The notes under the pieces were generated by a model. It had not been told where the DNA came from, searched no databases, and saw nothing but the letters and a program-made list of their open reading frames with translations. The translations under genes and the position numbers were made by a program. This document shows, piece by piece, positions 29,127 to 38,323 of a DNA stretch of 64,000 nucleotides. This DNA comes from an uncultured Gammaproteobacteria bacterium (GTDB lineage Bacteria > Patescibacteriota > Microgenomatia > Daviesbacterales > UBA10151): the NCBI GenBank assembly GCA_964415615.1, contig CAYQAW010000001.1, positions 40,593-104,592 on the forward strand, in the 5' to 3' direction. Numbering within the stretch: position 1 is the first letter of the stretch; each line of letters begins with the position of its first letter.

Positions 29127-29628
29127 CTTGAATATTTTGTATGTCTCCTATTCCACTGATTTCAATTAATTTATTACCTTGTTTGTAATAATCCAAAAGT
29201 GACTGTGTTTGTTGATAATATAAATCTAACCTTTTCTTGATAAGTTCATAAGCATCATCGCTTCTGCCTCTTGCCAAAAGTCTTTTTATTACCTCTTCTT
29301 CTGGAACATCTAAATAAAAAACTTTATCAAAACTAGGATCAAAATTCCGTAGTTGATTCTCAGTTCTGGGATAACCATCAACGACAAAACCATCTTGACA
29401 ATCTTTCTCTTGCAGTCTTTGTTTAACTGTTTCAGAAGTTATCCGATCATCCACTAGTTGGCCACTGTCTAAAATCTCCTTAACACGTCTTCCCAGCTCA
29501 CTATCTTCTGAAGAAATTTTCCTGAATATATCTCCCATGCTTATAAAAGGCACTTTTAAAAATTCTGCTAAAAGTTTTGCCTGAGTAGACTTCCCAGATC
29601 CCTGTGGTCCAATCAGTAATATTTTCAT
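29104..29628 (-). CDS. adk: Adenylate kinase (short-LID type)
   Basis: [22 protein letters not shown]; follows secY. Confidence 0.93.
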   Translation of the reverse strand: MKILLIGPQGSGKSTQAKLLAEFLKVPFISMGDIFRKISSEDSELGRRVKEILDSGQLVDDRITSETVKQRLQEKDCQDGFVVDGYPRTENQLRNFDPSFDKVFYLDVPEEEVIKRLLARGRSDDAYELIKKRLDLYYQQTQSLLDYYKQGNKLIEISGIGDIQNIQDEIKKSI

Positions 29629-30920
29629 GATCTTCTCGCAAATACCTCGTAGCTTCTCTCAATTAACTTACTTTCAAACTGTTTGGCTGTATCTAAAATG
29701 ACTGATACTACAATCAGTAATCCTGTTCCACCCAATACTAGAGTTTTAACTCCTGTTACCTGTGCAGCTATCGAAGGCAAAATCGCAATTGCACCCAAAA
29801 ATATTGCTCCTGCCAATGTGATTCTAACCATAATATAATTCAAAAAAGCTGCTGTTTGAGTACCTGGCCTGATCCCGGGAATAAATCCTCCATATTTTTT
29901 GATCTCATCAGCAACTTTAGTGGGATTAAAAATAACAGCCGTATAAAAAAAGGTAAAACCAACTATCAAAAGAAAATAAATTAAATTATAAGTTACACTG
30001 TCTGGGTTAAAACTTGTTGCCAACATCCTCCCCACAGAAGAGAGTTGTGGATTCGAAAGGCCTGCAAGGTATGATCCAGCAAAAGATGGAACCAACACCA
30101 AAGAAACAGCAAAAATAATAGGAATTACTCCTGCTTGATTTACTCTTAAAGGTAAATAAGTTTGAGCACCTGTTCCCCCTTCTCTGCCACCGGTAAATCT
30201 TCTGGCATATTGGACAGTAATTTGTCTTCTACCCTCATTAATAAATACTACCCCTGCCACCACCAAAACTGATAGTACTGTAAAAATCAAAATATTGATG
30301 ATTTGTGTCTGATCAACCACAGAGGCAGTCTGAGTCAGAACAATTGGTACCCTGGAAACAATCCCTGCAAAGATCAGAAGTGATATTCCATTACCAATAC
30401 CATATTCTGTAATCAGCTCTCCAATCCACATTAAGAAAATAGTGCCTGCAGTCATTCCTACAATAATTGCAGCAACCTGCAGAGGATTTATTTGAGAAAT
30501 TATTCCCTGGTTTTTTAAAAGTACAAACATACCAATTGACTGCAAAATTGCCAAAGGAACAGTCAAATATCTGGTATATTGATTAATCATTTGTCTGCCC
30601 ATTTCGCCTTCTTTAGATAAAGCTTCCAATTTAGGACTAATCATAGTTAGCAGTTGAAATATAATTGAGGCGTTAATATATGGATTAAGACCCAAAGAAA
30701 TAATAGAAAAATTAGCCAGAGTCCCTCCTGAAAAAATATCCAGTAAGCCCAGGAATTGGTTGGAGGAAAAAAGTTGCTGCAATCCCTTCAGATCTACTCC
30801 TGAAACAGGAATATGAGCAGCAATTCTAACTAAAACGACCAAAATTACGGTGATAATGATTTTTCTACGTAGCTCTACAATTTTAAAGGCATTAATAATT
30901 GGAGAAAATATATTAGACAT
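29625..30920 (-). CDS. secY: Preprotein translocase SecY
   Basis: [41 protein letters not shown]. Confidence 0.98.
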   Translation of the reverse strand: MSNIFSPIINAFKIVELRRKIIITVILVVLVRIAAHIPVSGVDLKGLQQLFSSNQFLGLLDIFSGGTLANFSIISLGLNPYINASIIFQLLTMISPKLEALSKEGEMGRQMINQYTRYLTVPLAILQSIGMFVLLKNQGIISQINPLQVAAIIVGMTAGTIFLMWIGELITEYGIGNGISLLIFAGIVSRVPIVLTQTASVVDQTQIINILIFTVLSVLVVAGVVFINEGRRQITVQYARRFTGGREGGTGAQTYLPLRVNQAGVIPIIFAVSLVLVPSFAGSYLAGLSNPQLSSVGRMLATSFNPDSVTYNLIYFLLIVGFTFFYTAVIFNPTKVADEIKKYGGFIPGIRPGTQTAAFLNYIMVRITLAGAIFLGAIAILPSIAAQVTGVKTLVLGGTGLLIVVSVILDTAKQFESKLIERSYEVFARRS

Positions 30921-31308
30921 TTTCTATTTTTCCGCCCAATTTTTCTATCTTTTTTTGGGCAGTGGCAGACATAGGGATTTTAATAGTAAGTTTTTTGGTC
31001 AACTCTCCATTATCTAAAAGCTTTACTCCTTTTTTTGCTTCTGTCCCGGAGATAATTTTTGCCTCCAGTAATTTGTTAATATCAACAACTTCTTCGTCTT
31101 TAAAAATATTCAGTTGCGAAAGACTTATTAATTTTGGCTTAATAGACAAATTAGGATTACCTTTTCCTCTTCTTAAAGGTAATTTTTTATATAAAGAAAG
31201 TCCACCTGTAAAAGTGGCAGGAATTTTACCTCTGGCTTTTTGACCTTTAGTCCCTCTACCTGCAGTCTTTCCTTTTCCAGAACCTATACCCCGGCCTAAT
31301 CTTTTCAT
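30913..31308 (-). CDS. rplO: 50S ribosomal protein L15 (short N-terminus)
   Basis: [24 protein letters not shown]. Confidence 0.96.
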   Translation of the reverse strand: MKRLGRGIGSGKGKTAGRGTKGQKARGKIPATFTGGLSLYKKLPLRRGKGNPNLSIKPKLISLSQLNIFKDEEVVDINKLLEAKIISGTEAKKGVKLLDNGELTKKLTIKIPMSATAQKKIEKLGGKIENV

Positions 31309-31793
31309 ACTTTTCCCTCTATTTTCTTAAGCTTACCTAAAGCCTCCAAAGTTGCATAAACATTAGAAGCCTTGTTTTTGGTACCCAAAATTTTGGAAAC
31401 AATATCGTGTATTCCTGCCGCCTCCACTACCACCCTGACTGCTCCTCCGGCAATCACTCCAGTTCCCTCAGGCGCAGGCTTTAAAAGTACCCTTGCCGCG
31501 CCATTTTTTACCACAATTGGATGTGGAATTGTTCTACCTTTTAGAGAAACTTGTATCATGTGCTTTTTTGCATAAGTGGTAGCTTTTCTGACTGCAGATT
31601 GCACTTCAGCTGCCTTACCCAGTCCTACTCCTACTTTACCTTTTTTATCACCAACTACCACCAAAACAGATAATGACCTTTTATCTCCGCCTTTAGTTTT
31701 TTTAGAAACGCGGTTGACCTGAACCACTCTTTCAAAAAATTCAGATTCTGGCTGTTGTGTTTGAGCGCCTCTTTGATTATATTTATTATTCAT
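31305..31793 (-). CDS. rpsE: 30S ribosomal protein S5
   Basis: NRVSKKTKGG, PAPEGTGVIAGG; start ATG 31793. Confidence 0.97.
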   Translation of the reverse strand: MNNKYNQRGAQTQQPESEFFERVVQVNRVSKKTKGGDKRSLSVLVVVGDKKGKVGVGLGKAAEVQSAVRKATTYAKKHMIQVSLKGRTIPHPIVVKNGAARVLLKPAPEGTGVIAGGAVRVVVEAAGIHDIVSKILGTKNKASNVYATLEALGKLKKIEGKV

Positions 31794-31797
31794 ATAG

Positions 31798-32133
31798 TTA
31801 AAATTCCAAACCTCCCTCTCTGGCACCTTTTCCAAGCTCAGCTATCCTACCATGATATAAAAATCCACCTCTGTCAAATACCACTTTTCTAATTTTAATC
31901 TTTAATGCTTTTTTTGCTAAGGTTTTACCCACTTCATACGCTCTTTTCATCTTCTGCTCCTTAGTCATTTTAAAATCGTTACCTGACACTAAAGTTTTAC
32001 CAAGTTTATCGTCTATAATTTGAGCATAAATGTGCTGACTGGAACGAAACACAGCCAGTCTGGGCTTATCTTCAGTACCGTAAATATATTTCCTAATTCT
32101 GAGATGTCTTTTTATTCTAGATTCTTGTTTCAT
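31798..32133 (-). CDS. rplR: 50S ribosomal protein L18
   Basis: PRLAVFRS, VVFDRGGFLYHGR. Confidence 0.97.
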   Translation of the reverse strand: MKQESRIKRHLRIRKYIYGTEDKPRLAVFRSSQHIYAQIIDDKLGKTLVSGNDFKMTKEQKMKRAYEVGKTLAKKALKIKIRKVVFDRGGFLYHGRIAELGKGAREGGLEF

Positions 32134-32699
32134 ACCTTTCCTCCAGCTGTACCCGTTGCTCCAACTTTGGCACTCTTGCCTACTTTCTTCCTAATATATT
32201 CACCTGCATATCTTATTCCTTTACCCTTATATGCATCTGGAATTCTGACCTTTTTAATATTGGCTGCAACTTGTCCCACCAGTTGCTTATCTATTCCAGA
32301 CACTTTAATCTTTGTATTATCCACTACCTCAAAAGTAACACCCTCTGGAGCAATAATCTCTACAGGATGAGAAAAACCAACATTTAAAGTTAGTTTGTCT
32401 CCGCCTACTTGAGCCCTAAATCCCACACCAATCAGTTCCAAGTTTTTACTCCAAGATTGTGTAACTCCTGTTATCATATTAGCAATTAGACTTCTTGTTA
32501 AACCATGCAATGCTCTAATTTTCTTTTGATCATCTTTCCTTTTAACAGTTAGCTTGTCCCCTGCAATTTCTACTTCTATTGCAGAATCCACGTTTAAACT
32601 CAAGACACCTTTTGGACCAGTCACACGTATCAAACTTCCAGTCTCTTCAACTGTAATTCCTGCAGGTATTATAATAATTGCATTACCAATTCTGCTCAT
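32130..32699 (-). CDS. rplF: 50S ribosomal protein L6
   Basis: MSRIG, GVGFRA, YKGKGIRY. Confidence 0.98.
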   Translation of the reverse strand: MSRIGNAIIIIPAGITVEETGSLIRVTGPKGVLSLNVDSAIEVEIAGDKLTVKRKDDQKKIRALHGLTRSLIANMITGVTQSWSKNLELIGVGFRAQVGGDKLTLNVGFSHPVEIIAPEGVTFEVVDNTKIKVSGIDKQLVGQVAANIKKVRIPDAYKGKGIRYAGEYIRKKVGKSAKVGATGTAGGKV

Positions 32700-32704
32700 A
32701 GTTT

Positions 32705-33079
32705 TTACCAGACCAACGCTAGCACTTCTCCACCTACTTTTGATTTACGGGCCTCTCTATCAGTCATCAGGCCCTTTGGTGTGGATATAATAGCTATTCC
32801 CAACCCATTTAAAACTGACGGCAACTCTCTCGCTCCTTTATAAACTCTAAGGCTTGGTTTAGAAACTCTTTTGATATCAGTTAAAACAGGAACTCTCAAG
32901 TTGTATTTAAGTGTCACTATTATTTCCCTATCTTTTTTAGCTACATCAGAAAGGTAGCCTTCTTTTTTAAGCAACTCTGTCATATTCCAAACCAATTTGG
33001 AAGATTTTACAGAAACCGTAATTTTACCTACCTGATAACCATTTTTTATTCTAATTAACGTATCCGCTATGGGATCCAT
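32705..33079 (-). CDS. rpsH: 30S ribosomal protein S8
   Basis: DPIADTLIRIKN, SKPSLRVY, GGEVL. Confidence 0.97.
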   Translation of the reverse strand: MDPIADTLIRIKNGYQVGKITVSVKSSKLVWNMTELLKKEGYLSDVAKKDREIIVTLKYNLRVPVLTDIKRVSKPSLRVYKGARELPSVLNGLGIAIISTPKGLMTDREARKSKVGGEVLALVW

Positions 33080-33080
33080 G

Positions 33081-33260
33081 TTACCAACTCGCTTTCTTCA
33101 CTCCAGGAAGCATTCCCAGATGTGCTAATTCTCTAAAACAAAGCCTGCAAAGTCCAAATTTTCTAATATATGCCCGTGGCCTTCCACACCGCATACACCG
33201 GTTTGTCTTTTGTACATCATATTTAAATTTAGTTTTTACAATATTACTTACTTTAGCCAT
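33081..33260 (-). CDS. rpsN: 30S ribosomal protein S14 (zinc-binding type Z)
   Basis: Not in ORF track: [59 protein letters not shown]. Confidence 0.96.
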   Translation of the reverse strand: MAKVSNIVKTKFKYDVQKTNRCMRCGRPRAYIRKFGLCRLCFRELAHLGMLPGVKKASW

Positions 33261-33277
33261 ATTAGTCGCTCCGCTCC

Positions 33278-33351
33278 AATGTATAATTGAAAATGTAAAA
33301 TGGAAAATTATTTTTCATAGTTTTTAATTGTAAATTGTACATTGTAAATTG
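33278..33351. repeat. Two degenerate AATTTAC/CATTTTC-type heptamer arrays between rplE and rpsN
   Basis: Minus strand CAATTTA CAATGTA CAATTTA CAATT...AATTTTC CATTTTA CATTTTC AATTATA CATT. Confidence 0.75.
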
Positions 33352-33891
33352 TTAATTTCTAAATGGCATTCCTAAATACTCTAATAATTTCTTACCTTCT
33401 TGTTTGTTTCTTGCAGTAGTGGTGATAGTTACTGCCAAACCTCTGGTTTTATCCACGCTTTTATAATCAACTTCTGGAAAAATAGTTTGCTCTTTCAAAC
33501 CAATATTTAAATTCCCATTTTGATCAAAAGCATCAGCAGATATACCTCTGAAATCTCTCACCTTAGGTAAAACAATACTTACTAACTTATCCAAGAAAGC
33601 ATACATTTTATCACCTCTCAGTGTCACCATCATCCCAATTGGCTGACCCTGTGCAACTTTAAAAGCTGCAATTGATTTTTTGGCCTTTGTTACAACAGGG
33701 TTTTGACCTGCTAGAGCAGATAAATAAACCTTTACCTTATCCAGAATACCGCTATTATCTTTTGCTTCACCCAAACCAATACTAATTACTATTTTTGTAA
33801 CAGAGGGCACTGCCAGCTTGTTTTTAAATCCCAACTCCTGCTGCAATTTTGCTTGTATTTCTTTAAAATATTTTTCTTTAAGCCTTTGCAT
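33352..33891 (-). CDS. rplE: 50S ribosomal protein L5
   Basis: TKAKKSIAAFK, VTLRG, PKVRDFRG, GMPF. Confidence 0.98.
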   Translation of the reverse strand: MQRLKEKYFKEIQAKLQQELGFKNKLAVPSVTKIVISIGLGEAKDNSGILDKVKVYLSALAGQNPVVTKAKKSIAAFKVAQGQPIGMMVTLRGDKMYAFLDKLVSIVLPKVRDFRGISADAFDQNGNLNIGLKEQTIFPEVDYKSVDKTRGLAVTITTTARNKQEGKKLLEYLGMPFRN

Positions 33892-34195
33892 TTTCAATCT
33901 CCTTTTTGCACTTGTGGCAAACTCTCATTTTCTCATTCCCTATCATCTTAAAACCTACTCTAGTCACTTTTTTACAATTAGGACAAATTAAAGCCACATT
34001 AGATGCGTCCAAAGATTTAGGAATATCGACAATCCCACCCTGCATATCTTTGTACTTTTTTACGTGTCTTTTATAGAGATTTACACCGCTCACAAAAACT
34101 CTTCCGTCCTTACCTTTCACATACTCAACCTTACCTTCTTTACCACGATCTTTACCTAATAGAACTTTTACTTGATCTCCTTTTTTAATCTTCAT
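33878..34195 (-). CDS. rplX: 50S ribosomal protein L24
   Basis: IKKGDQVKVLLGKDRGKEG, SNVALICP. Confidence 0.97.
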   Translation of the reverse strand: MKIKKGDQVKVLLGKDRGKEGKVEYVKGKDGRVFVSGVNLYKRHVKKYKDMQGGIVDIPKSLDASNVALICPNCKKVTRVGFKMIGNEKMRVCHKCKKEIENAKA

Positions 34196-34563
34196 TACCA
34201 TACCTCCTGCGCAAGTGAAATAATCTTCGTGTATCCTGCATCCCGAACTTCTCTGGCAATCGGCCCAAAGATACGGGTGGCCCGCAAATTACCATCGTTA
34301 TCTATAACTACCCCAGCATTATCATCAAATTTTATATATGAACCATCATCACGTCTAACTTCTTTTTTAGTTCTGACTATGACTACCTTTATAACTTCAT
34401 GGTTTTTAACTTGTCCATTAGGATCTGCTCCTTTAACGACTGCTACCACCTTCTGCCCTAAAGTAGCCTTTCTTTTACCTGAACCACCCAAAGGTTGAAT
34501 AACCTGTATAGATTTTGCTCCGCTGTTGTCTGCCACTGTTAATATTGTTCTATGTTGTACCAT
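34195..34563 (-). CDS. rplN: 50S ribosomal protein L14
   Basis: [23 protein letters not shown]. Confidence 0.98.
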   Translation of the reverse strand: MVQHRTILTVADNSGAKSIQVIQPLGGSGKRKATLGQKVVAVVKGADPNGQVKNHEVIKVVIVRTKKEVRRDDGSYIKFDDNAGVVIDNDGNLRATRIFGPIAREVRDAGYTKIISLAQEVW

Positions 34564-34569
34564 AAAATT

Positions 34570-34662
34570 AGCTATCAGTCTTCAGCTTTCAGCTGTCAGA
34601 CTTCTCCTTCCTTTTAGCCTTTTTTTCTGCTTTTTCAGTCTGATGACTGACAGCTGATGACT
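34570..34662 (-). repeat. Heptamer inverted-repeat element at the rpsQ/rplN junction
   Basis: AGTCATC AGCTGTC AGTCATC AGACT - 34-nt purine loop - AGTCT GACAGCT GAAAGCT GAAGACT GATAGCT. Confidence 0.9.
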
Positions 34663-34969
34663 CTTCAGTCTTTTCTTCTTCTGGCATTACTTCAGCTATC
34701 GCCTGCTCTGCTGCCATTTTCTGTTCTGCCTCCACAATTTCTGCTAAATTCTTCCCTATTACCTTTACAACTCTCCAGTGTTTATTTTTAGAAACTGGTT
34801 TTACTTTAATAATTTCTACTATATCCCCCAGCTTTACTCCAATAGGATCATCCACTAAAATATTTTTAGATCTTAAAAAAGTCTTTCTATATAAAGGATG
34901 CATGGCTGTCCTTTCTATAAGCACTGTTGCAGTTTTACTCATTTTTGCTGATATTACTCTGCCTTTCAT
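34589..34969 (-). CDS. rpsQ: 30S ribosomal protein S17 with C-terminal extension
   Basis: GRVISAKMSKT, HPLY, PVSKNKHW. Confidence 0.96.
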   Translation of the reverse strand: MKGRVISAKMSKTATVLIERTAMHPLYRKTFLRSKNILVDDPIGVKLGDIVEIIKVKPVSKNKHWRVVKVIGKNLAEIVEAEQKMAAEQAIAEVMPEEEKTEESSAVSHQTEKAEKKAKRKEKSDS

Positions 34970-34975
34970 GAAATT

Positions 34976-35083
34976 AGCTATCAGTCTTCAGCTTTCAGCT
35001 ATCAGACTTTTCCTTTCTTTTGTTTGACTTCTTTGGCTTTTCTTCTTTTTCATCTGTTTTTTCAGTCTGGAGACTTATTGACT
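34976..35083 (-). repeat. Heptamer inverted-repeat element at the rpmC/rpsQ junction (5' arm degenerate)
   Basis: 34980-35024 is identical over 45 bp to 36434-36478. Confidence 0.88.
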
Positions 35084-35291
35084 CTAACTCTACCATCAAT
35101 TCTTTCTGTTTGATCAGTGTCAAGATTTGAGCCACTTCTTTTTTCCTTTTTGAAATCGTTTTTAAATCTTTTAATTTCTTCATATTTTTATCCAAAGTCA
35201 AACTAACAATTTCTTCAGTTAAAGTCTTTACTTTAAGTTTTAGTTCTTTTAAATCTAATCCTTTAATTTGTACAAACTCGTTTTTTTTCAT
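34995..35291 (-). CDS. rpmC: 50S ribosomal protein L29 with C-terminal extension
   Basis: Position between rplP and rpsQ; helical hairpin ending KKEVAQILTLI; start ATG 35291. Confidence 0.85.
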   Translation of the reverse strand: MKKNEFVQIKGLDLKELKLKVKTLTEEIVSLTLDKNMKKLKDLKTISKRKKEVAQILTLIKQKELMVELESISLQTEKTDEKEEKPKKSNKRKEKSDS

Positions 35292-35370
35292 GTTTTTGAT
35301 CCTTTCAAAAAGACAAGGTTCTGATGACTGAGCAATATAATATTTCCAAATTGCGAAGTCATCATGGTCC

Positions 35371-35784
35371 TTATGTTTTCTCCACAAATTTAGTATCCAT
35401 AGGCAGTTTATGAGAAGCCAACCTTAATGCTTCTTCTGCTATTTCCTTGCTGACAGCTCCCATTTCAAAAATTAAATTGCCTGGTTTTACCACTGCTACA
35501 TATCCTTCCACATCACCCTTACCAGAACCCATTCTGGATTCTGCTGGGTGCTTAGTAATTGGCTTATCAGGAAAAACCCTCATCCAAATACGTCCACCTC
35601 TTTGGGTAAAGTGAGCCATGGCTCTTCTTGCTGATTCCAACTGTCTTGCTGTAATAAATCCCGCTTCCATAACCTTGATCCCAAAAGTCCCAAAAGACAA
35701 ACTATTACCCCTGGTGGCCACACCACTTCTTTTACCTTTAAAAACTTTTCTATGTTTAGTTCTTTTCGGTTGTAACAGGGCCAT
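35371..35784 (-). CDS. rplP: 50S ribosomal protein L16
   Basis: [26 protein letters not shown]. Confidence 0.98.
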   Translation of the reverse strand: MALLQPKRTKHRKVFKGKRSGVATRGNSLSFGTFGIKVMEAGFITARQLESARRAMAHFTQRGGRIWMRVFPDKPITKHPAESRMGSGKGDVEGYVAVVKPGNLIFEMGAVSKEIAEEALRLASHKLPMDTKFVEKT

Positions 35785-36425
35785 TAAATTTTTACCTCCC
35801 CTTTATTAATCCACACTTTTACCCCTACATATCCTGATTTTGTCAAAGCTGGGTATGAAGCAAAATCTATATCCGCTCTTAAAGTATGTAAAGGCATCGT
35901 TCCCGAGGCTTTCCATTCACGTCTCGCAATCTCTGCTCCACCAATTCTACCAGACAAAACAACTCTGACCCCTTTTGCGCCAGATCTCATCGCTCTTTCG
36001 ATTGCCTGATTCATCACTCTTTGCGCAGGAAGTCTTCTGGCAAGCTGTTCAGCCACAGATTGAGCAACCAAGTAAGCTACGGAATCTGCTGATTTTATTT
36101 CCATTGGCGCCACTTCTAAAGTGTTATCGTTTTTAATCTTTAATTCTACCATTAGAAACTTTTTAATTTCAGTTAAACCTGTTCCACCTCGTCCGATCAA
36201 AACTCCAGGGCGCGAAACAAAGATTATAACTTTTAATTTATTCACCGCTCTCTCAATCTCTACAGCAGCTACCCCTGCTTTTGAGAGCTTCTTCATCAGC
36301 AGATCACGGATTTTCAAATCTTCTAAGACATTTTCTCTATATTTAATTCCATGAGCAAACCAACGTGACTTCCAAGTTGACCCAATACCCATTCTAAAAC
36401 CTACCGGATGTATTTTTTGTCCCAT
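35784..36425 (-). CDS. rpsC: 30S ribosomal protein S3
   Basis: [32 protein letters not shown]. Confidence 0.98.
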   Translation of the reverse strand: MGQKIHPVGFRMGIGSTWKSRWFAHGIKYRENVLEDLKIRDLLMKKLSKAGVAAVEIERAVNKLKVIIFVSRPGVLIGRGGTGLTEIKKFLMVELKIKNDNTLEVAPMEIKSADSVAYLVAQSVAEQLARRLPAQRVMNQAIERAMRSGAKGVRVVLSGRIGGAEIARREWKASGTMPLHTLRADIDFASYPALTKSGYVGVKVWINKGEVKI

Positions 36426-36429
36426 AAAA

Positions 36430-36543
36430 AGTCATCAGTCTTCAGCTTTCAGCTATCAGACTTTTCCTTTCTTTTGTTCAACTTTTTCTGTTTCTGTCTG
36501 CTTTGTTTTCAGTCTGATGACTGATGACTGATGACTGATGACT
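36430..36543 (-). repeat. Heptamer inverted-repeat element at the rplV/rpsC junction
   Basis: (AGTCATC)x4 AGACT - 48-nt purine loop - AGTCT GATAGCT GAAAGCT GAAGACT GATGACT TTTT ATG. Confidence 0.93.
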
Positions 36544-36875
36544 ATTGGCTCATCACTTAGCACTATTTTTATATGTGCCATCCTCTTTTTATATGGTCTC
36601 ACTCTTCCTCTGGTACCTGCCCTGAAACGGCGCATCTTTGTGCTTTCATTTATCTCAATTGTCTTAAAACTTGCTTTTTGGGAATCTAAACCTTTCCCCT
36701 TAGCATTAGCAAGCACTGTTTTAATGGCTTTCTGAAAATCTAAAGCAGCAGACTTGGGTGTAACTTCCAAAACAGCAATGGCTTGATCAGGAGTCATTTT
36801 TCTCACCATATCAGCTACTAATCTCAATTTTCTTGGACTTGTATGTATATATTTTTGTATCGTTGTTATTTCCAT
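36456..36875 (-). CDS. rplV: 50S ribosomal protein L22 with repeat-derived C-terminal extension
   Basis: SPRKLRLVADMVR, KRMAHI. Confidence 0.97.
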   Translation of the reverse strand: MEITTIQKYIHTSPRKLRLVADMVRKMTPDQAIAVLEVTPKSAALDFQKAIKTVLANAKGKGLDSQKASFKTIEINESTKMRRFRAGTRGRVRPYKKRMAHIKIVLSDEPIVISHQSSVIRLKTKQTETEKVEQKKGKV

Positions 36876-36876
36876 A

Positions 36877-37161
36877 TTATGTCTTTGCCACAGATTTTTC
36901 TGTTACTTTTCCATGACCTCTAAAGATTCTAGTCGGAGCAAATTCACCTAATCTTTGTCCTACCATTGATTCAGTGACAAATACAGTCACAAAATTTTTA
37001 CCCTGATGAACTAAAAAAGTCTGACCTACAAACTCAGGTGGAATTTGTGATCTTCTAGCCCAAGTTTTAATTGGGTTTTTAGGACCACCAGCCTTTTGAA
37101 CCATGACTTTTTTCATTAACTTTTCATCAATATATGGTCCTTTTTTTGTTGATCTACTCAT
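36877..37161 (-). CDS. rpsS: 30S ribosomal protein S19
   Basis: [18 protein letters not shown]. Confidence 0.98.
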   Translation of the reverse strand: MSRSTKKGPYIDEKLMKKVMVQKAGGPKNPIKTWARRSQIPPEFVGQTFLVHQGKNFVTVFVTESMVGQRLGEFAPTRIFRGHGKVTEKSVAKT

Positions 37162-37898
37162 GGTCTTCTCCTTTTGACAATATATCTACTTGTCTGCTTT
37201 TTCTTATTCCTGGTTTTACCAACAGCAGGACGGCCATATTTAGTCATTGGTGTTTTTCTACCGATTCCAGATCTGCCTTCTCCTCCGCCGTGAGGATGAG
37301 AATCAGGATCTTGAGCCACACCTCTGACTGTTGGCCTGATCCCCATATGACGTGATCTTCCAGCTTTACCTATTACTCTTTGTCTCATCTCTTCATTTCC
37401 CAAACTACCAATTGTGGCCAGCGATTCCAAAGGTATCATTCTAATCTCTCCTGAGGGTAATTTCAAATGTGCAAATTCACCCTCTTTGGCTAAAAGCTGC
37501 AAGGCAGTACCGGCACTGCGCCCAAGTTGTCCACCTTTTCCAGGCTTCATCTCTACATTATGAAGTAAAGTACCCACTGTAATATTTTTAAGCTTGCACG
37601 CATTGCCATCTTTTATTTCTACTTTTTCTCCTGATATGACTTCGCTACCAACTGCTATTCCTTTTGGTGCCAAGATATATCTATATTCACCATCCGCATA
37701 TTTAACCAATGCAATACCAACATTCCTGTTTGGATCATAATCTAAAGAGACTATCTCACCAGAAACTCCAAATTTATCTCTTTTAAAATCAATCTCCCTA
37801 TAATATCTTTTATGTCTGCCTCCCTGACCTCTCACAGTCACCATACCGCCTGTTGATCTGCCGGAGTGTTTCTTAAGTAATGTTTTTAGATTTTTCAC
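37158..37898 (-). CDS. rplB: 50S ribosomal protein L2 (short N-terminus)
   Basis: [30 protein letters not shown]. Confidence 0.97.
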   Translation of the reverse strand: MKNLKTLLKKHSGRSTGGMVTVRGQGGRHKRYYREIDFKRDKFGVSGEIVSLDYDPNRNVGIALVKYADGEYRYILAPKGIAVGSEVISGEKVEIKDGNACKLKNITVGTLLHNVEMKPGKGGQLGRSAGTALQLLAKEGEFAHLKLPSGEIRMIPLESLATIGSLGNEEMRQRVIGKAGRSRHMGIRPTVRGVAQDPDSHPHGGGEGRSGIGRKTPMTKYGRPAVGKTRNKKKQTSRYIVKRRRP

Positions 37899-38323
37899 TT
37901 TCCTGTAATCACCTTTCTCTGTGTTGTTGGCGCAGCGCCAACTGCGCTTCTTTCTACTTTAACTTTAGTTCTGCCTAAAATATCTTTCTTTTCTCTTAGC
38001 TTTATAGGTTCACCTTCCACTGTTGTGACTACTGCCTCTTCTTTAGGAGTTTCAAAGATAGTAATTTTGTCTCCTTTTTTAACTTGCACATAAGCCTTTT
38101 TAACTCCAGCGAGCATATAACTCTTTCTGACTCTTTTTTGGGATTTTACTTTACCTTTGATATTTATTATCTTAACTTGTAAGACTTTAACATTAAATCT
38201 TTGAGCTATTTTTTTGGCAACTTGTGGTTTTGTAGCATTTTTGTCAACCTCAAAAGCATACAACCCATTTTGAGCCAGCTTCATAGATTTTTCAGTAATA
38301 ATTGGTTGTTTAATTATAATCAT
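37895..38323 (-). CDS. rplW: 50S ribosomal protein L23 with C-terminal extension
   Basis: PIITEKS, ATKPQV, KKAYV. Confidence 0.95.
   Translation of the reverse strand: MIIIKQPIITEKSMKLAQNGLYAFEVDKNATKPQVAKKIAQRFNVKVLQVKIINIKGKVKSQKRVRKSYMLAGVKKAYVQVKKGDKITIFETPKEEAVVTTVEGEPIKLREKKDILGRTKVKVERSAVGAAPTTQRKVITGK

Noticed and set aside
35313-35376. Possible hammerhead ribozyme (CTGATGA...CGAA...GTC on the + strand)
   Set aside because: Extra CTGA between core and stem II, GAAG instead of GAAA, and no proper stems I/III; a simple long hairpin explains it better.
34570-36543. Three similar repeats as a CRISPR array
   Set aside because: Separated by whole ribosomal genes rather than uniform spacers; no cas genes.
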